Of a stretch of 24,687 nucleotides of DNA, positions 8,182 through 17,165 are shown one piece after another. A program made the translations under genes and the position numbers. Below the pieces are notes generated by a model. It made no database searches and was not told the DNA's origin. It was given only the letters and a program-made list of their open reading frames with translations. This DNA comes from Deltaproteobacteria bacterium. Lineage in GTDB: Bacteria; Myxococcota_A; Polyangia; Polyangiales; Houyiibacteriaceae. The stretch is taken from NCBI GenBank assembly GCA_034670305.1, contig JAXMNT010000077.1:1-24687 (forward strand), given 5' to 3'. The stretch's first letter is position 1, and each line of letters starts with the position of its first letter.

Positions 8182-8927
8182 TCGACGAAGGAGAAGATTT
8201 CGCCGGCGCGCCCGAGAAGGCCGCACCCGCTGCCAAGGGCATGCTGAAGCCCTCCACCGTCGCGCCGCTCTTCGTCTTCACGGCGATCGCGCACCTCGCG
8301 TCGCTTGCGACACGTTTCGACACCCTGGCGGCCGAGCTGCCGGAGAACCTCGCGACCGGGATCCTGTTCGCGCAGTTCCCCCTGCTGCTCGTGGCCGCGT
8401 ACTTCGAAGGCCGCATCGACTACGGCGACACGCTCGACTCGCTCCCGCTCTGGATGCGCATCAACAGCAAGCCAGTGAAGCTGAGCTTCACCCTGGCGTT
8501 CACCTACCTGGCCGTCACGGTCTTGCAGACCTGGGACATCTCGATCGGACCGATCGATCCGACGCCGCCGCCGGAGTGGGGCCTCGCCCAGCGCGCGCAA
8601 TGGTTCGCGATCATGAGCGTGGGCATGTTCTTCCCGAACTACCTCGCGGCGACCGGCCTCTTGGTCCCGGGCCTGCGCACGGTGACCAAACCGCTCCACG
8701 GTTTGCCGGCGCCGGCGGCCGTCCTGATCTCGGGCGTGCTCGGCTGCGCGGTGGGTGCGGGCGTGGTCTGGCTCTTCTCGAACCAGATGGCGCACGAAGG
8801 GGTCGAGGGCGTGCAGAGCGCGTGGGCCGACTTCACCGACAACCCGGCGATCGCGATCGGGGTGGCGTTCGCGTTCATCTTGGTGCCGCTGATCTTCTCC
8901 GCGTTGACCGGCAAGAAAGAAGACTGA
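8178..8927 (+). CDS. Multi-pass membrane protein of unknown function
   Basis: ATG overlaps the upstream stop (ATGA); about six hydrophobic segments; high GC at third codon positions. Confidence 0.75.
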   Translation: MIDEGEDFAGAPEKAAPAAKGMLKPSTVAPLFVFTAIAHLASLATRFDTLAAELPENLATGILFAQFPLLLVAAYFEGRIDYGDTLDSLPLWMRINSKPVKLSFTLAFTYLAVTVLQTWDISIGPIDPTPPPEWGLAQRAQWFAIMSVGMFFPNYLAATGLLVPGLRTVTKPLHGLPAPAAVLISGVLGCAVGAGVVWLFSNQMAHEGVEGVQSAWADFTDNPAIAIGVAFAFILVPLIFSALTGKKED

Positions 8928-8934
8928 GCCGCAC

Positions 8935-9648
8935 GTGGACACGCCTCTGACCTTCGGGGCCGATCGCCTCGTCCTGTCGGAGGTCTTCGACACCGTTCAG
9001 GGCGAAGGCCCATCGATGGGGCGGGCCGCGACCTTCGTTCGCCTAGGGCACTGCAACCTGCGGTGCCGCTGGTGCGACACGAAGTACACGTGGGACTGGG
9101 CGGCGCACGATCTGCGGGCCGAGCTCCGCGTCGAGTCGGTGGCACGCGTCGCCGAGGACCTTGCGGCCCGTTCGCCTCGGCTCGTGGTGGTCACCGGCGG
9201 AGAACCACTGCTGCAGACTGGTGCGCTCCTGCCGTTGCTCGAGGCCGTCGTGGCTGAACACAAGGAAGTCGAGATCGAGACCGCCGGGACCCTCTCCCCG
9301 AGCCGCCTGCGCGAGGTCGTGACGCGGTGGAACGTCTCGCCGAAGTTGGCCGGGTCGGGCAACCCGCTCGCCAAACGCGTGCGTCCGGCGGTGCTCTCCG
9401 AGTTCGCAGCCCTGCCGAATGCGATCTTCAAACTCGTCGTCGACTCGCCGGAGGATCTGGACGAAGCACGGGCACTGGTGCGTGCCTACCAGATCCCGAC
9501 GGAGCGGGTGTGGCTGATGCCGCAAGGGCGCGACGTGGAAACGCTCCGCCAACGATCGCTCGAGCTCGTACCGGTCTGCGTCGGCGAAGGGTTCCACCTC
9601 GGCCACCGGTTGCAGGTCACGCTCTGGGGCGACGAACGTGGCGTCTGA
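8935..9648 (+). CDS. queE: 7-carboxy-7-deazaguanine synthase (radical SAM)
   Basis: EVFDTVQGEG, FVRLGHCNLRCRWCDT (CxxxCxxC), VVVTGGEPLLQ, IETAGT, VSPKL, WLMPQG, RLQ. Confidence 0.9.
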   Translation: MDTPLTFGADRLVLSEVFDTVQGEGPSMGRAATFVRLGHCNLRCRWCDTKYTWDWAAHDLRAELRVESVARVAEDLAARSPRLVVVTGGEPLLQTGALLPLLEAVVAEHKEVEIETAGTLSPSRLREVVTRWNVSPKLAGSGNPLAKRVRPAVLSEFAALPNAIFKLVVDSPEDLDEARALVRAYQIPTERVWLMPQGRDVETLRQRSLELVPVCVGEGFHLGHRLQVTLWGDERGV

Positions 9649-9662
9649 GGTTCGCAGCGCCG

Positions 9663-10406
9663 TCAGCGCTGGCCGATGCCGAGACCGATCGTGATGGTGT
9701 GGTCGCCGAGGTTCACGAGGTCGGCAAACACGTCCGCCTGTACGTAGACCATGCCGACCAGGTGCGCGCGCACGCCGGCCCGCGGGCCGATCGAGAGGTT
9801 GCGACCGCGCAGCGTGAGCGAGGGTCCTTCCAGTTCCGCGAGGGCGCGCAGCAGCGCGGCGTGGAGCATGACGTAGGGCGTCAGATCCCCGAACCGTCGC
9901 GCGAAGCCGAACTCGAGAAACCAACGCGACATGGTGACCCGAGACACCTGCGTGTTCGGTCCGACGTCCGGTAGACGGCGGTCGCTGTGCGTGGGCCGGT
10001 ACCAGCCGAGACCCATGCGTGCGCGCATCCAATCGCCGGTGTACCCGAGCCCGAACTCGAGGCCGAACGCCTGGGCGGAATCGAGACGCATCGTGGCGCC
10101 GCGCATCTGAAGCGGCCCATACGGATCCGCGAAGTCGACCGCGCCCCAGTCCATCTGCGCCGACGCGAACCCCACGTCGAAGCCGAGCCGCTCGGGCCAG
10201 CGTCCGGTGGGGGAACCCTGGCGGTTGACGCGGTTCTGGTCCCTCGACTGCGCGGCGTTCTCGACCTCGAGGTCGTCGTTGACCTGCGCACGGGTGGTGC
10301 CCCGGTCGATGTGGGCGTCCGCCATCTGGCTGTTCGATCCCCCGGGATGCGCCAGTGCGACGGCCGGAAGCCAGGTCGCAACACACACCACGATCCACCG
10401 AGCCAT
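9663..10406 (-). CDS. Secreted protein, probable small outer-membrane beta-barrel
   Basis: Signal peptide (ALA-H); alternating amphipathic strands GLEFGLGY, FLEFGF, GPRAGVRA and a terminal TITIGLGIG. Confidence 0.6.
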   Translation of the reverse strand: MARWIVVCVATWLPAVALAHPGGSNSQMADAHIDRGTTRAQVNDDLEVENAAQSRDQNRVNRQGSPTGRWPERLGFDVGFASAQMDWGAVDFADPYGPLQMRGATMRLDSAQAFGLEFGLGYTGDWMRARMGLGWYRPTHSDRRLPDVGPNTQVSRVTMSRWFLEFGFARRFGDLTPYVMLHAALLRALAELEGPSLTLRGRNLSIGPRAGVRAHLVGMVYVQADVFADLVNLGDHTITIGLGIGQR

Positions 10407-10453
10407 CGGCTCATCATACGCCCAACTCTTCCGGAGCGCCCCCTCACGGCGAT

Positions 10454-11245
10454 TCAGGGGCTGGAAGCTTCGAGCGGCACGCTCCAGGCGCCCTCGGTCC
10501 ACGTGCTGAGCCGGCCGCCGCTGTGGAGGGTGGTGCGGCCCCCCAGCCGATGGCCCACGGCGCGCGCGGCGGTGGCGAGACACCCGAGCCCGTAGCGGAT
10601 CCCCGGCCCGAACGTGATGGTCTGCATGTCGTCGTGGTAGTTCGCCGGGCAGCTCATCTCGCCGATCGGCAAGTCGAGTTCGATCGCTTGCGCGAGGATC
10701 TCGCTGTCGAAGACGAAGTCGTTGCGGTTGTCCGCCATCGGCAGGGTCTGCATCGCGTGGCGCGAGTAGGCGCGGTAGCCGGTGTGGTACTCGCTGAGCG
10801 ACGCACCCATCGCCGCGTTCTCGACGATCGTCAGGCCGCGGTTCGCGACCCACTTCCAGCGCGGCATGCCGCCGCGCACCGCGCCGCCCATCAACATGCG
10901 GGACGCCAGCGCGATGTCGTAGCCGCCGTGGCGCACCATCTCGACGAGCGCTGGTGCGAGCTCCGGTTTGTATTGAAAGTCCGGGTGCACCATCACCGCG
11001 ACGTCGGCGCCGAGCGCGAGCGCTTCCCGGTAGCCGGTCTTCTGCGCCGCGCCGTAGCCGAGGTTCTTCGCATGCGAGACACAGCCGATGCCGAGCCGGC
11101 GCGCGACCTCGACGCTGTCGTCCGTGCTTCCGTCGTCGACCAACACCACCGCGTCCGCGAACCCCGCCGGCAGCGCCCGCACCGTGCGCTCCAGGGTTCC
11201 GGCCACGTTCAGGCCGGGCATCACCACCACCACGGATCTCTTCAT
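10454..11245 (-). CDS. GT2 glycosyltransferase, polyprenol-phosphate glycosyltransferase (DPM-synthase)-like
   Basis: VDDGSTD, NLGYGAAQKTG, MVHPDFQY, ASR, SEYHTGYRAYS, FVFDSEI. Confidence 0.9.
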   Translation of the reverse strand: MKRSVVVVMPGLNVAGTLERTVRALPAGFADAVVLVDDGSTDDSVEVARRLGIGCVSHAKNLGYGAAQKTGYREALALGADVAVMVHPDFQYKPELAPALVEMVRHGGYDIALASRMLMGGAVRGGMPRWKWVANRGLTIVENAAMGASLSEYHTGYRAYSRHAMQTLPMADNRNDFVFDSEILAQAIELDLPIGEMSCPANYHDDMQTITFGPGIRYGLGCLATAARAVGHRLGGRTTLHSGGRLSTWTEGAWSVPLEASSP

Positions 11246-11255
11246 CCGGCGGACT

Positions 11256-11639
11256 CTACTCGCACACGCGGCGGGTGTAGCGACGTTCCATCCAACCTTC
11301 TCGAGGGGCGGTGACGCGTACGAAGCTCGCCCGAACCGACCCCACCTCGAGCCGGGTGCCGTTGGGGATCTCGCCGGTGACCATCTCGAGTGGGCTCGGC
11401 CGCGCCCGTACTTCCGCCGCCGCTTCGGGGCGGGTGGTGTCTTCGGCGATGAGGTAACAGCCGTCGTTCAGTCCCGCGTCGATGTGATCCATGACCTGCA
11501 CCGCGGGCGGCTCGCGTTCGTTCGAGGTGGCGAGCAACACCACGTAGACCACGAGACACACGGCGACCACGGCCGCGAGACCGAGCACGGTCCGGGTCCA
11601 CATCTCTCGGATGTTCTTGCGTCTGAGTCTCGGATCCAT
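11256..11639 (-). CDS. Small single-TM protein with a possible SH3-like C-terminal domain
   Basis: One TM helix; VRARPS...GEIPNGTRLEV...VRV...EGWM resembles bacterial SH3; tightly packed between two GT genes. Confidence 0.6.
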   Translation of the reverse strand: MDPRLRRKNIREMWTRTVLGLAAVVAVCLVVYVVLLATSNEREPPAVQVMDHIDAGLNDGCYLIAEDTTRPEAAAEVRARPSPLEMVTGEIPNGTRLEVGSVRASFVRVTAPREGWMERRYTRRVCE

Positions 11640-11645
11640 CCGGCG

Positions 11646-12608
11646 CTACCTCGACATGAAGTCGTGAATGAGGGTCTTCCACTGTGCGCGCCACCGGTCT
11701 TCGTGGAACTCCGAGACCGCTTTCGCGCGGCTCGCCGCGCCCATCTTCTGCGTCAGCCCGTCGTCGTGCAGGAGCTCCTGCAGGTAGCCGCGGATCTCTT
11801 CCGCGGTTTCGCCGACGAAGCCGTTCACCCCATGTTCGACGTAGCGTTCGATGCCCGGGATCCGGAAGCTCACAAGCGGCAAGCCGGTCATCATCGCCTC
11901 GATCAAGGTGATCGTGTACTCCTGCTCGCCGTCGTGCAGGTAGAGGCGGGACCGCTTGAGCGCGCGCCGCAGATCCGCGTACTCGTACACGTCCTGATTG
12001 GGATCGAGATGGTCGATGTGCAGCAGCGGCAAGTCCTTGGTCGCTTCTTTCCAAGCGTGGTGGCTCCAGCCGCGGTCCTGGTAGCTGTGGATGATGGAGA
12101 GGATGTGCCCATCCTCCATCGTCGCGGTCTCGTACTCGTTCGGGTCGAGGCCGAGCGGCACGTAGGGCACGTCGACTCCGAAGGTCTCCTTCAGCCACGC
12201 GACCGTGTTCGGGTAGAAGCTGACCACCGTGAAGTCGTCGCGGGCGAGCAGCGCTTCCCACTCCCCATGGTCGAGCTCTGCGACCTTGGCGACGCGGTAG
12301 AGCTTCTTGATGTCGCGCCGTTCCCAGAACAGCTTGAGCTGCCAGTTGAACATCATCCAGACGAGGTCGTAGTTCTCCGGAAAGCCGACCTTCGGATCGT
12401 CCAGGAGCCGCGCGTAGTCCTCCGGACCGAAGTCCAGGTGCGCGTCTTCGAACGTGGGCAACACGTCGTGCACGCTCTCGGGTCGCGGTCGCCAGTACTT
12501 GAACTGGTCCCAGTGGCCGAGGAAGTAGGTCGGAAGCCCGACCCGACAGAAGTGGTACTGGACGCCCGGGTGGGTGGGAACGATCAGCGTTCGATAGTCA
12601 TCGCGCAT
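11646..12608 (-). CDS. GT4-like (GT-B fold) glycosyltransferase
   Basis: C-terminal motif ITLIEAMMTGLPLVS...VEHGVNGF and MGAASR; N-terminal half divergent. Confidence 0.8.
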   Translation of the reverse strand: MRDDYRTLIVPTHPGVQYHFCRVGLPTYFLGHWDQFKYWRPRPESVHDVLPTFEDAHLDFGPEDYARLLDDPKVGFPENYDLVWMMFNWQLKLFWERRDIKKLYRVAKVAELDHGEWEALLARDDFTVVSFYPNTVAWLKETFGVDVPYVPLGLDPNEYETATMEDGHILSIIHSYQDRGWSHHAWKEATKDLPLLHIDHLDPNQDVYEYADLRRALKRSRLYLHDGEQEYTITLIEAMMTGLPLVSFRIPGIERYVEHGVNGFVGETAEEIRGYLQELLHDDGLTQKMGAASRAKAVSEFHEDRWRAQWKTLIHDFMSR

Positions 12609-12731
12609 GCGCCGCGGACTCTACCGCACTGTGGCGATCCTCCAAGGACGGGTCCTGGCACCGAAGGGCAGAGGAGGGGTGTAAGAGATCGGTAAGGGCC
12701 CGGGCCTGCCGATCCGCGGCATCACTGTAGG

Positions 12732-14492
12732 GTGACCTCCACCCAGATCTTCGCCGCCGCCTGCCTTCTCTTCGCTGTCAGTCCGTTGGCCGCCAGTTCG
12801 GCTCAGGCCCAATCCATCGAGCCGTTCCCCGACGCCTTGCGGGTGGCGGTGGCGGATGGGCAACCGCGGGTCGGCGCCGGGGCCCGGGGTCACTGTCCTG
12901 CGAACGTCGAGCCGCTCGCCTCCAGCTTCACGCGCGCGTCGAGGCTGCGTTCGCTGCTCGACTTGCAGAAGCTCGCCGAGGGTCGGGCGACCTGGAACGT
13001 GGACGCGATGCGTGACGTTCGTTCGGTCGCCACGCTCGCGTGCGCCCACAGCGGCGACCCCAATGCGCGCGCGTGGGTCCAAGCGTTTCGGCAACTCATC
13101 GCCAACGCCACCGGGATCGACGACGCGGGGATCGATGCGTTCTTCGCGGCCGCGCTCGGGCAGCAGGGCCGGCGCTGGGAGACCGACTGTGCGAGCGTGC
13201 CGGCGCTCGACCGATCCGCGACGCCCGATGCGCGCCTCGAACGTCAGTTCTTGCGCGCGCTCGCGTGCGACGACGGGTCGCGGGTTCTGCTGGGCCAGGG
13301 TGCGTACTGGATCGACCGGGCGGACGCGCTCGCCGGCGACGGCGGACTCTCTCCGCTCACCCGGGCGGGGTTCGTGGACCAGGCGCTTCGAAGCTGGCGC
13401 TACCGCGGGATCGGTGTGGACGCCGAGGTTCAGGTCGGCAGCGACTTCGCGGGCTGGGTGGCGGCGCGCATGGACGTCGAGGCACTCGACCTCACGCAGA
13501 CCCGACGCGCCCTCGCGGCGACCTCGCTCGGCGCGACGGAGCAAGCGCTCGCCCTCGTACGGGTCGGCCGGATCAAGACCGCGGCGCTCGCGCTCGGGCG
13601 GGCGTGGCGCGCCGCGGTGGCGCGGGTGCCGTCGCTCGCCGCGCTCGTCGACACCGGACCCCGCGAAGCCCTCGCCCACTGGCGCCGCGACTCGGCGGCC
13701 CACGCGGCCGCGCTGCGACGCGCGTGGGCGGTCGAGACCGGTTGGCTCGGCGGGGGCGGGGCCGCGCTCGCTGGCTGCGACGGACCACTCGAGGCGGATC
13801 TTTTGGCGTACTTGCGTGCGCAGGCGCCCCAAACGCTCGACGAGGCGCACGCAGCGCTCGAGCGACCGGTGGGCTACTTGCTCGCGGCCGCGCTCCTCAC
13901 CTGCCACCACGCGCTCGGACACGACGGTCCCGCACGCGCGATGCAGGACGAGCTCCTTCGGCTCGCGCCTCAGCGGGGTCCGCGCATGGCGGCGTTGAAC
14001 CGGCTTCGGCGCGCGGCGGTGCAGCTGACCCCCCGCGACGGCGTGCGGATGCCGCTGGCTTCCTTCGATCCGGCCGGCCAACTCCGCGACGAAGAGGACT
14101 GGGTGCGCTCCTCGGAATCGCGCGCGGGTTCACGTCAGCGCGGGACCGTCGCGCGGGTGCGCAGGTCGGGCGGGTCGCTGGAGGTCGAGTACCGGACCGA
14201 GTCGGTCACCGTGGACGTGCGCAACTGCACGCCGACCAACCGCATCCGGCGCATCGAGCGGGACGGGAACGTGGTCTACGAGCAGAACTGCACCACCGTC
14301 GGCGAGCGGACGTTCGAGGTGACGCCGGACCCAGTGAGCATCCCGGCCAGTTTCGGCGAAGGGATTCAACCAGGTGTCTGGCTCGAGGCCAACCGGGGCC
14401 TCCGCGAAACGAGGGCGCTGCCGATGGAGGTCCGGAGCGGGCCGGACGGCGAGGTTCGCGCGTTCTTCGGGGTCCCGGTGCGGTCGCGGTAA
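12732..14492 (+). CDS. Large secreted hypothetical protein (586 aa)
   Basis: Signal peptide ending AQA-Q; helical body with scattered Cys; beta-rich C-terminus with a CTPTNR...EQNC pair. Confidence 0.7.
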   Translation: MTSTQIFAAACLLFAVSPLAASSAQAQSIEPFPDALRVAVADGQPRVGAGARGHCPANVEPLASSFTRASRLRSLLDLQKLAEGRATWNVDAMRDVRSVATLACAHSGDPNARAWVQAFRQLIANATGIDDAGIDAFFAAALGQQGRRWETDCASVPALDRSATPDARLERQFLRALACDDGSRVLLGQGAYWIDRADALAGDGGLSPLTRAGFVDQALRSWRYRGIGVDAEVQVGSDFAGWVAARMDVEALDLTQTRRALAATSLGATEQALALVRVGRIKTAALALGRAWRAAVARVPSLAALVDTGPREALAHWRRDSAAHAAALRRAWAVETGWLGGGGAALAGCDGPLEADLLAYLRAQAPQTLDEAHAALERPVGYLLAAALLTCHHALGHDGPARAMQDELLRLAPQRGPRMAALNRLRRAAVQLTPRDGVRMPLASFDPAGQLRDEEDWVRSSESRAGSRQRGTVARVRRSGGSLEVEYRTESVTVDVRNCTPTNRIRRIERDGNVVYEQNCTTVGERTFEVTPDPVSIPASFGEGIQPGVWLEANRGLRETRALPMEVRSGPDGEVRAFFGVPVRSR

Positions 14493-14805
14493 GCGGTCGC
14501 GGTCGCGGTCGTGGCGGGGGTCGCGGAAACGGTAGCGGAAGCGGAAGCGGAAGCGGAAGCGGAAGCGGAAGCGGTCACGGAAGCGGAAGCGGTCACGGGA
14601 AGCGGAAGCGGTCACGGGAAGCGGTCACGGAAGCGGAAGCCGATCCCGAAGCCGAAGCCGATCCCGAAGCCGATCCCGAAGCCGATCCCGAAGCCGAAGC
14701 CGATCCCGAAGCCGATCCCGAAGCCGATCCCGAAGCCGAAGCCGATCCCGAAGCCGATCCCGAAGCCGATCCCGAGTCCGCAGGCGACTCCGAAGCCGCC
14801 GATTC
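14480..14805. repeat. Bipartite array: (GCGGTC/GCGGAA/GGTCAC)n then (GAAGCCGATCCC)n
   Basis: Fills the entire gap between two convergent genes and overlaps the stop codon at 14490-14492. Confidence 0.95.
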
Positions 14806-14809
14806 CGGC

Positions 14810-15109
14810 TCAGCGCGACGGAGTGGCGAGCGAACCGGCGCCTTCGGGACGCTCGGGGTGCCGCACGCTGGCGTCGGCGTGGGCGTCTTCGGCGGCGACG
14901 CCGTCCGGGCCGTCGATGCGTTCGCACGCGGTGCGGTTCGGGCAGAGGTAGAGCGCCTGCGTGCCGCAGCCCTGGACCTCGAAGATGTCGTGGTCGACCC
15001 AGCTCGCCTGGGCGTCCTGACACGAGAGATCTTCTCGGGCCCACCGCTCGGCGACCGCGGGTGTGCCTGCGCACCCGACCAGCAAGAGAACCACGACCCC
15101 CAACCGCAT
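14810..15109 (-). CDS. Small Cys-containing lipoprotein
   Basis: Lipobox LVGC; DLSC...VQGCG...YLC...AC pattern. Confidence 0.7.
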   Translation of the reverse strand: MRLGVVVLLLVGCAGTPAVAERWAREDLSCQDAQASWVDHDIFEVQGCGTQALYLCPNRTACERIDGPDGVAAEDAHADASVRHPERPEGAGSLATPSR

Positions 15110-15216
15110 GCAGAGGCGTGTAGCAGTGGGTTTGGCCGGTGGCGAGTCCACGCGTGGCATTTCTCAGCCGGACGTTTCGGCTTGGGTTCTCCCAGCAGCG
15201 GGGTAGAACACCGTCT

Positions 15217-16257
15217 ATGACCATTCGTGCAACTTCCGTCTGCGCGTTCGCGCTCTTCTTCGGACTCGGGTGCGCTGGGCTGGACGTCAACCGCATCCAC
15301 GCAGCCCATGGGACCCCGAGCAACGTCGCGGTGTTCTTCACGGTGGACACCAACGACGGAGAGCCGGTCCCCGGACTCGAGGCCACGGACTTTCGCATCT
15401 ACGAAGACGGGCAGCTGGTCTCGGTCGACGAGAGCCAGCAGACGATCATCAACCCCGAAGTGGCCTCCGAGCACTACACGCTGTTGCTGGTCGACATGAG
15501 CCGGAGCGTCACGGAGAGCGACCAGGTGCCGCTCATCCAGGCGGCGGCGATCGAATTCTCGTACTCGCTCCAGGCCAGCCAGCAGGTCGCGGTCTACGCG
15601 TTCGATGGCTCCGAAGAGATCACCCCGATCCAGCCCTTCCGCGCGAATGCCCAGGGCATCACCCGCCTCTCCGGGTTTCGGGCGGAGGACCCGTCCACGA
15701 ACCTCAACGGCGCCGTCGTCGCGGCGACGGAGATCCTCGACGAAGCGCTCGCCGAGTCCGAGACGCCGCTCCGGTTCGGCACCATCGTGGTGTTCACCGA
15801 CGGCACCGACCGCGCCCACCGGGTGACCGAAGGCGACGCGCTCCGCGCGGTCCGGCGCACGAACTACGACGTGTTCGCGATCGGCGTGGGCAACGAGATC
15901 GACGAGCCCTCGCTCGATCGCCTGGGCAGCAGCGGGTACGTGCTGATCGAGGACAGTGCGCTCATCGCCGACGCCTTCGCGGCCATCAGCGAGCAGATCC
16001 TCGGCTACACGAAGCGCTTCTATCTGCTGAGCTACTGCAGCCCCGCCCGCGCGGGTGTGCACCGCGTCACGGTGGAGGCGGTGTCGGGCGAACTCACCGG
16101 AGAGACCAGCTACGACTTCGACGCCGCCGGCTTCGGTCCCCGCTGCGATCCGAACAGCCCGCCGCCCTTCGACACCGAACAAGTCAACGTCCAGCGCCAG
16201 CGACCCCGCCGCGGCCGCCTGCGCGTGACCGCAAGCGCCACCGCCACGGCCGAGTAG
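15217..16257 (+). CDS. VWA domain lipoprotein
   Basis: Lipobox GLGC; MIDAS DMSRS, STNLNGAV, VVFTDG, FAIGVG; N-terminal V.GL...DF.IYEDG and C-terminal YLLSY..P. Confidence 0.88.
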   Translation: MTIRATSVCAFALFFGLGCAGLDVNRIHAAHGTPSNVAVFFTVDTNDGEPVPGLEATDFRIYEDGQLVSVDESQQTIINPEVASEHYTLLLVDMSRSVTESDQVPLIQAAAIEFSYSLQASQQVAVYAFDGSEEITPIQPFRANAQGITRLSGFRAEDPSTNLNGAVVAATEILDEALAESETPLRFGTIVVFTDGTDRAHRVTEGDALRAVRRTNYDVFAIGVGNEIDEPSLDRLGSSGYVLIEDSALIADAFAAISEQILGYTKRFYLLSYCSPARAGVHRVTVEAVSGELTGETSYDFDAAGFGPRCDPNSPPPFDTEQVNVQRQRPRRGRLRVTASATATAE

Positions 16258-16259
16258 GG

Positions 16260-16580
16260 GACGCGGACGCGGACGCGGTATGCGGAAGCGGTAGCGGTAT
16301 GCGGAAGCGGAAGCGGTAGCGGAAGCGGAAGCGGTTGCGGTTGCGGAAGCCGAACGCCGAACCCGATCCCGAAGCCGACGCCGAAGCCGATCCCGAAGCC
16401 GATCCCGAAGCCGACGCCGAAGCCGACGCCGAAGCCGATCCCGAATCCGAAGCCGAAGCCGAAGCCGATCCCGAAGCCGACGCCGAATCCGAAGCCGAAT
16501 CCGAAGCCGAATCCGAAGCCGATCCCGAAGCCGAAGCCGACGCCGCATCCGCCGATCCCGACGCCGAGCCGAATCCGACG
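16260..16580. repeat. Bipartite array: (GCGGAC/GCGGTA/GCGGAA/GCGGTT)n then (GAAGCCGATCCC/GAAGCCGACGCC/GAATCC)n
   Basis: Fills the gap between convergent genes; same organisation as 14480-14805. Confidence 0.95.
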
Positions 16581-16595
16581 GCCGTCAGGCGGTGC

Positions 16596-17018
16596 TCAGC
16601 GTGCGGGCACGCCGCGGTGGGGAAGCGCGCTCAGATGTCGGCTGTCCGCTTCGATGCCCGTCAACGGTCCGGCCAGGCGGGCGATGCGGAAGGGGACGGT
16701 TGCGCCGCCGATCTCGACGTAGAGGCGGATGGTTCCGTCGGATGCAGGCAACGTGAAGACACCGCCGTTCTCGAGCGGGACATGGGCACGCACCAGGCTG
16801 CCGTTGCGGGGCGTCACCATCGCTCGAATGACGGGGCTGCGACCCCGGATCCGGGCCCAGCTGTCGTTTTCGACCCGGTAGGAGATGCCAATGTTCCCGT
16901 CGGGAGACCGCCCGATGTGGAGGTCGTGAAACTCGATCGTCGCGGTTTGGGCATGGGCGACCGGCAGGGCAGGGAGGGAGAGGGCGAGGCACAGCAGAAC
17001 GCTCGGCAAAGTACGCAT
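16596..17018 (-). CDS. Small secreted beta-rich hypothetical protein
   Basis: Signal peptide ending AHA-Q; TAGACT box 7 nt upstream of the ATG. Confidence 0.6.
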   Translation of the reverse strand: MRTLPSVLLCLALSLPALPVAHAQTATIEFHDLHIGRSPDGNIGISYRVENDSWARIRGRSPVIRAMVTPRNGSLVRAHVPLENGGVFTLPASDGTIRLYVEIGGATVPFRIARLAGPLTGIEADSRHLSALPHRGVPAR

Positions 17019-17165
17019 GGCCCCAAGTCTACGGCAAACGCGGGAGAATGCCGCGCCTTGCGGGTTCGGGCCGCGCGCGTGACCCTCCACCCCGACGGGG
17101 GCGCGCCAATGTTCTGTGGCGCGTGCGGTCCAAGGACCGAGTTCGATTTCGCGAAGGGGATTCAG

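Noticed and set aside
8935-9648. Dpd 7-deazaguanine DNA-modification defence island
   Set aside because: No dpdA/tgt-like, queC, queD or folE gene is nearby.
14511-14951. ORFs made of AEAE, PKPI, EADP or SGSA repeats here and at 16335 onward
   Set aside because: The stop-free repeats open several frames on both strands, with no credible start signals; treated as non-coding.
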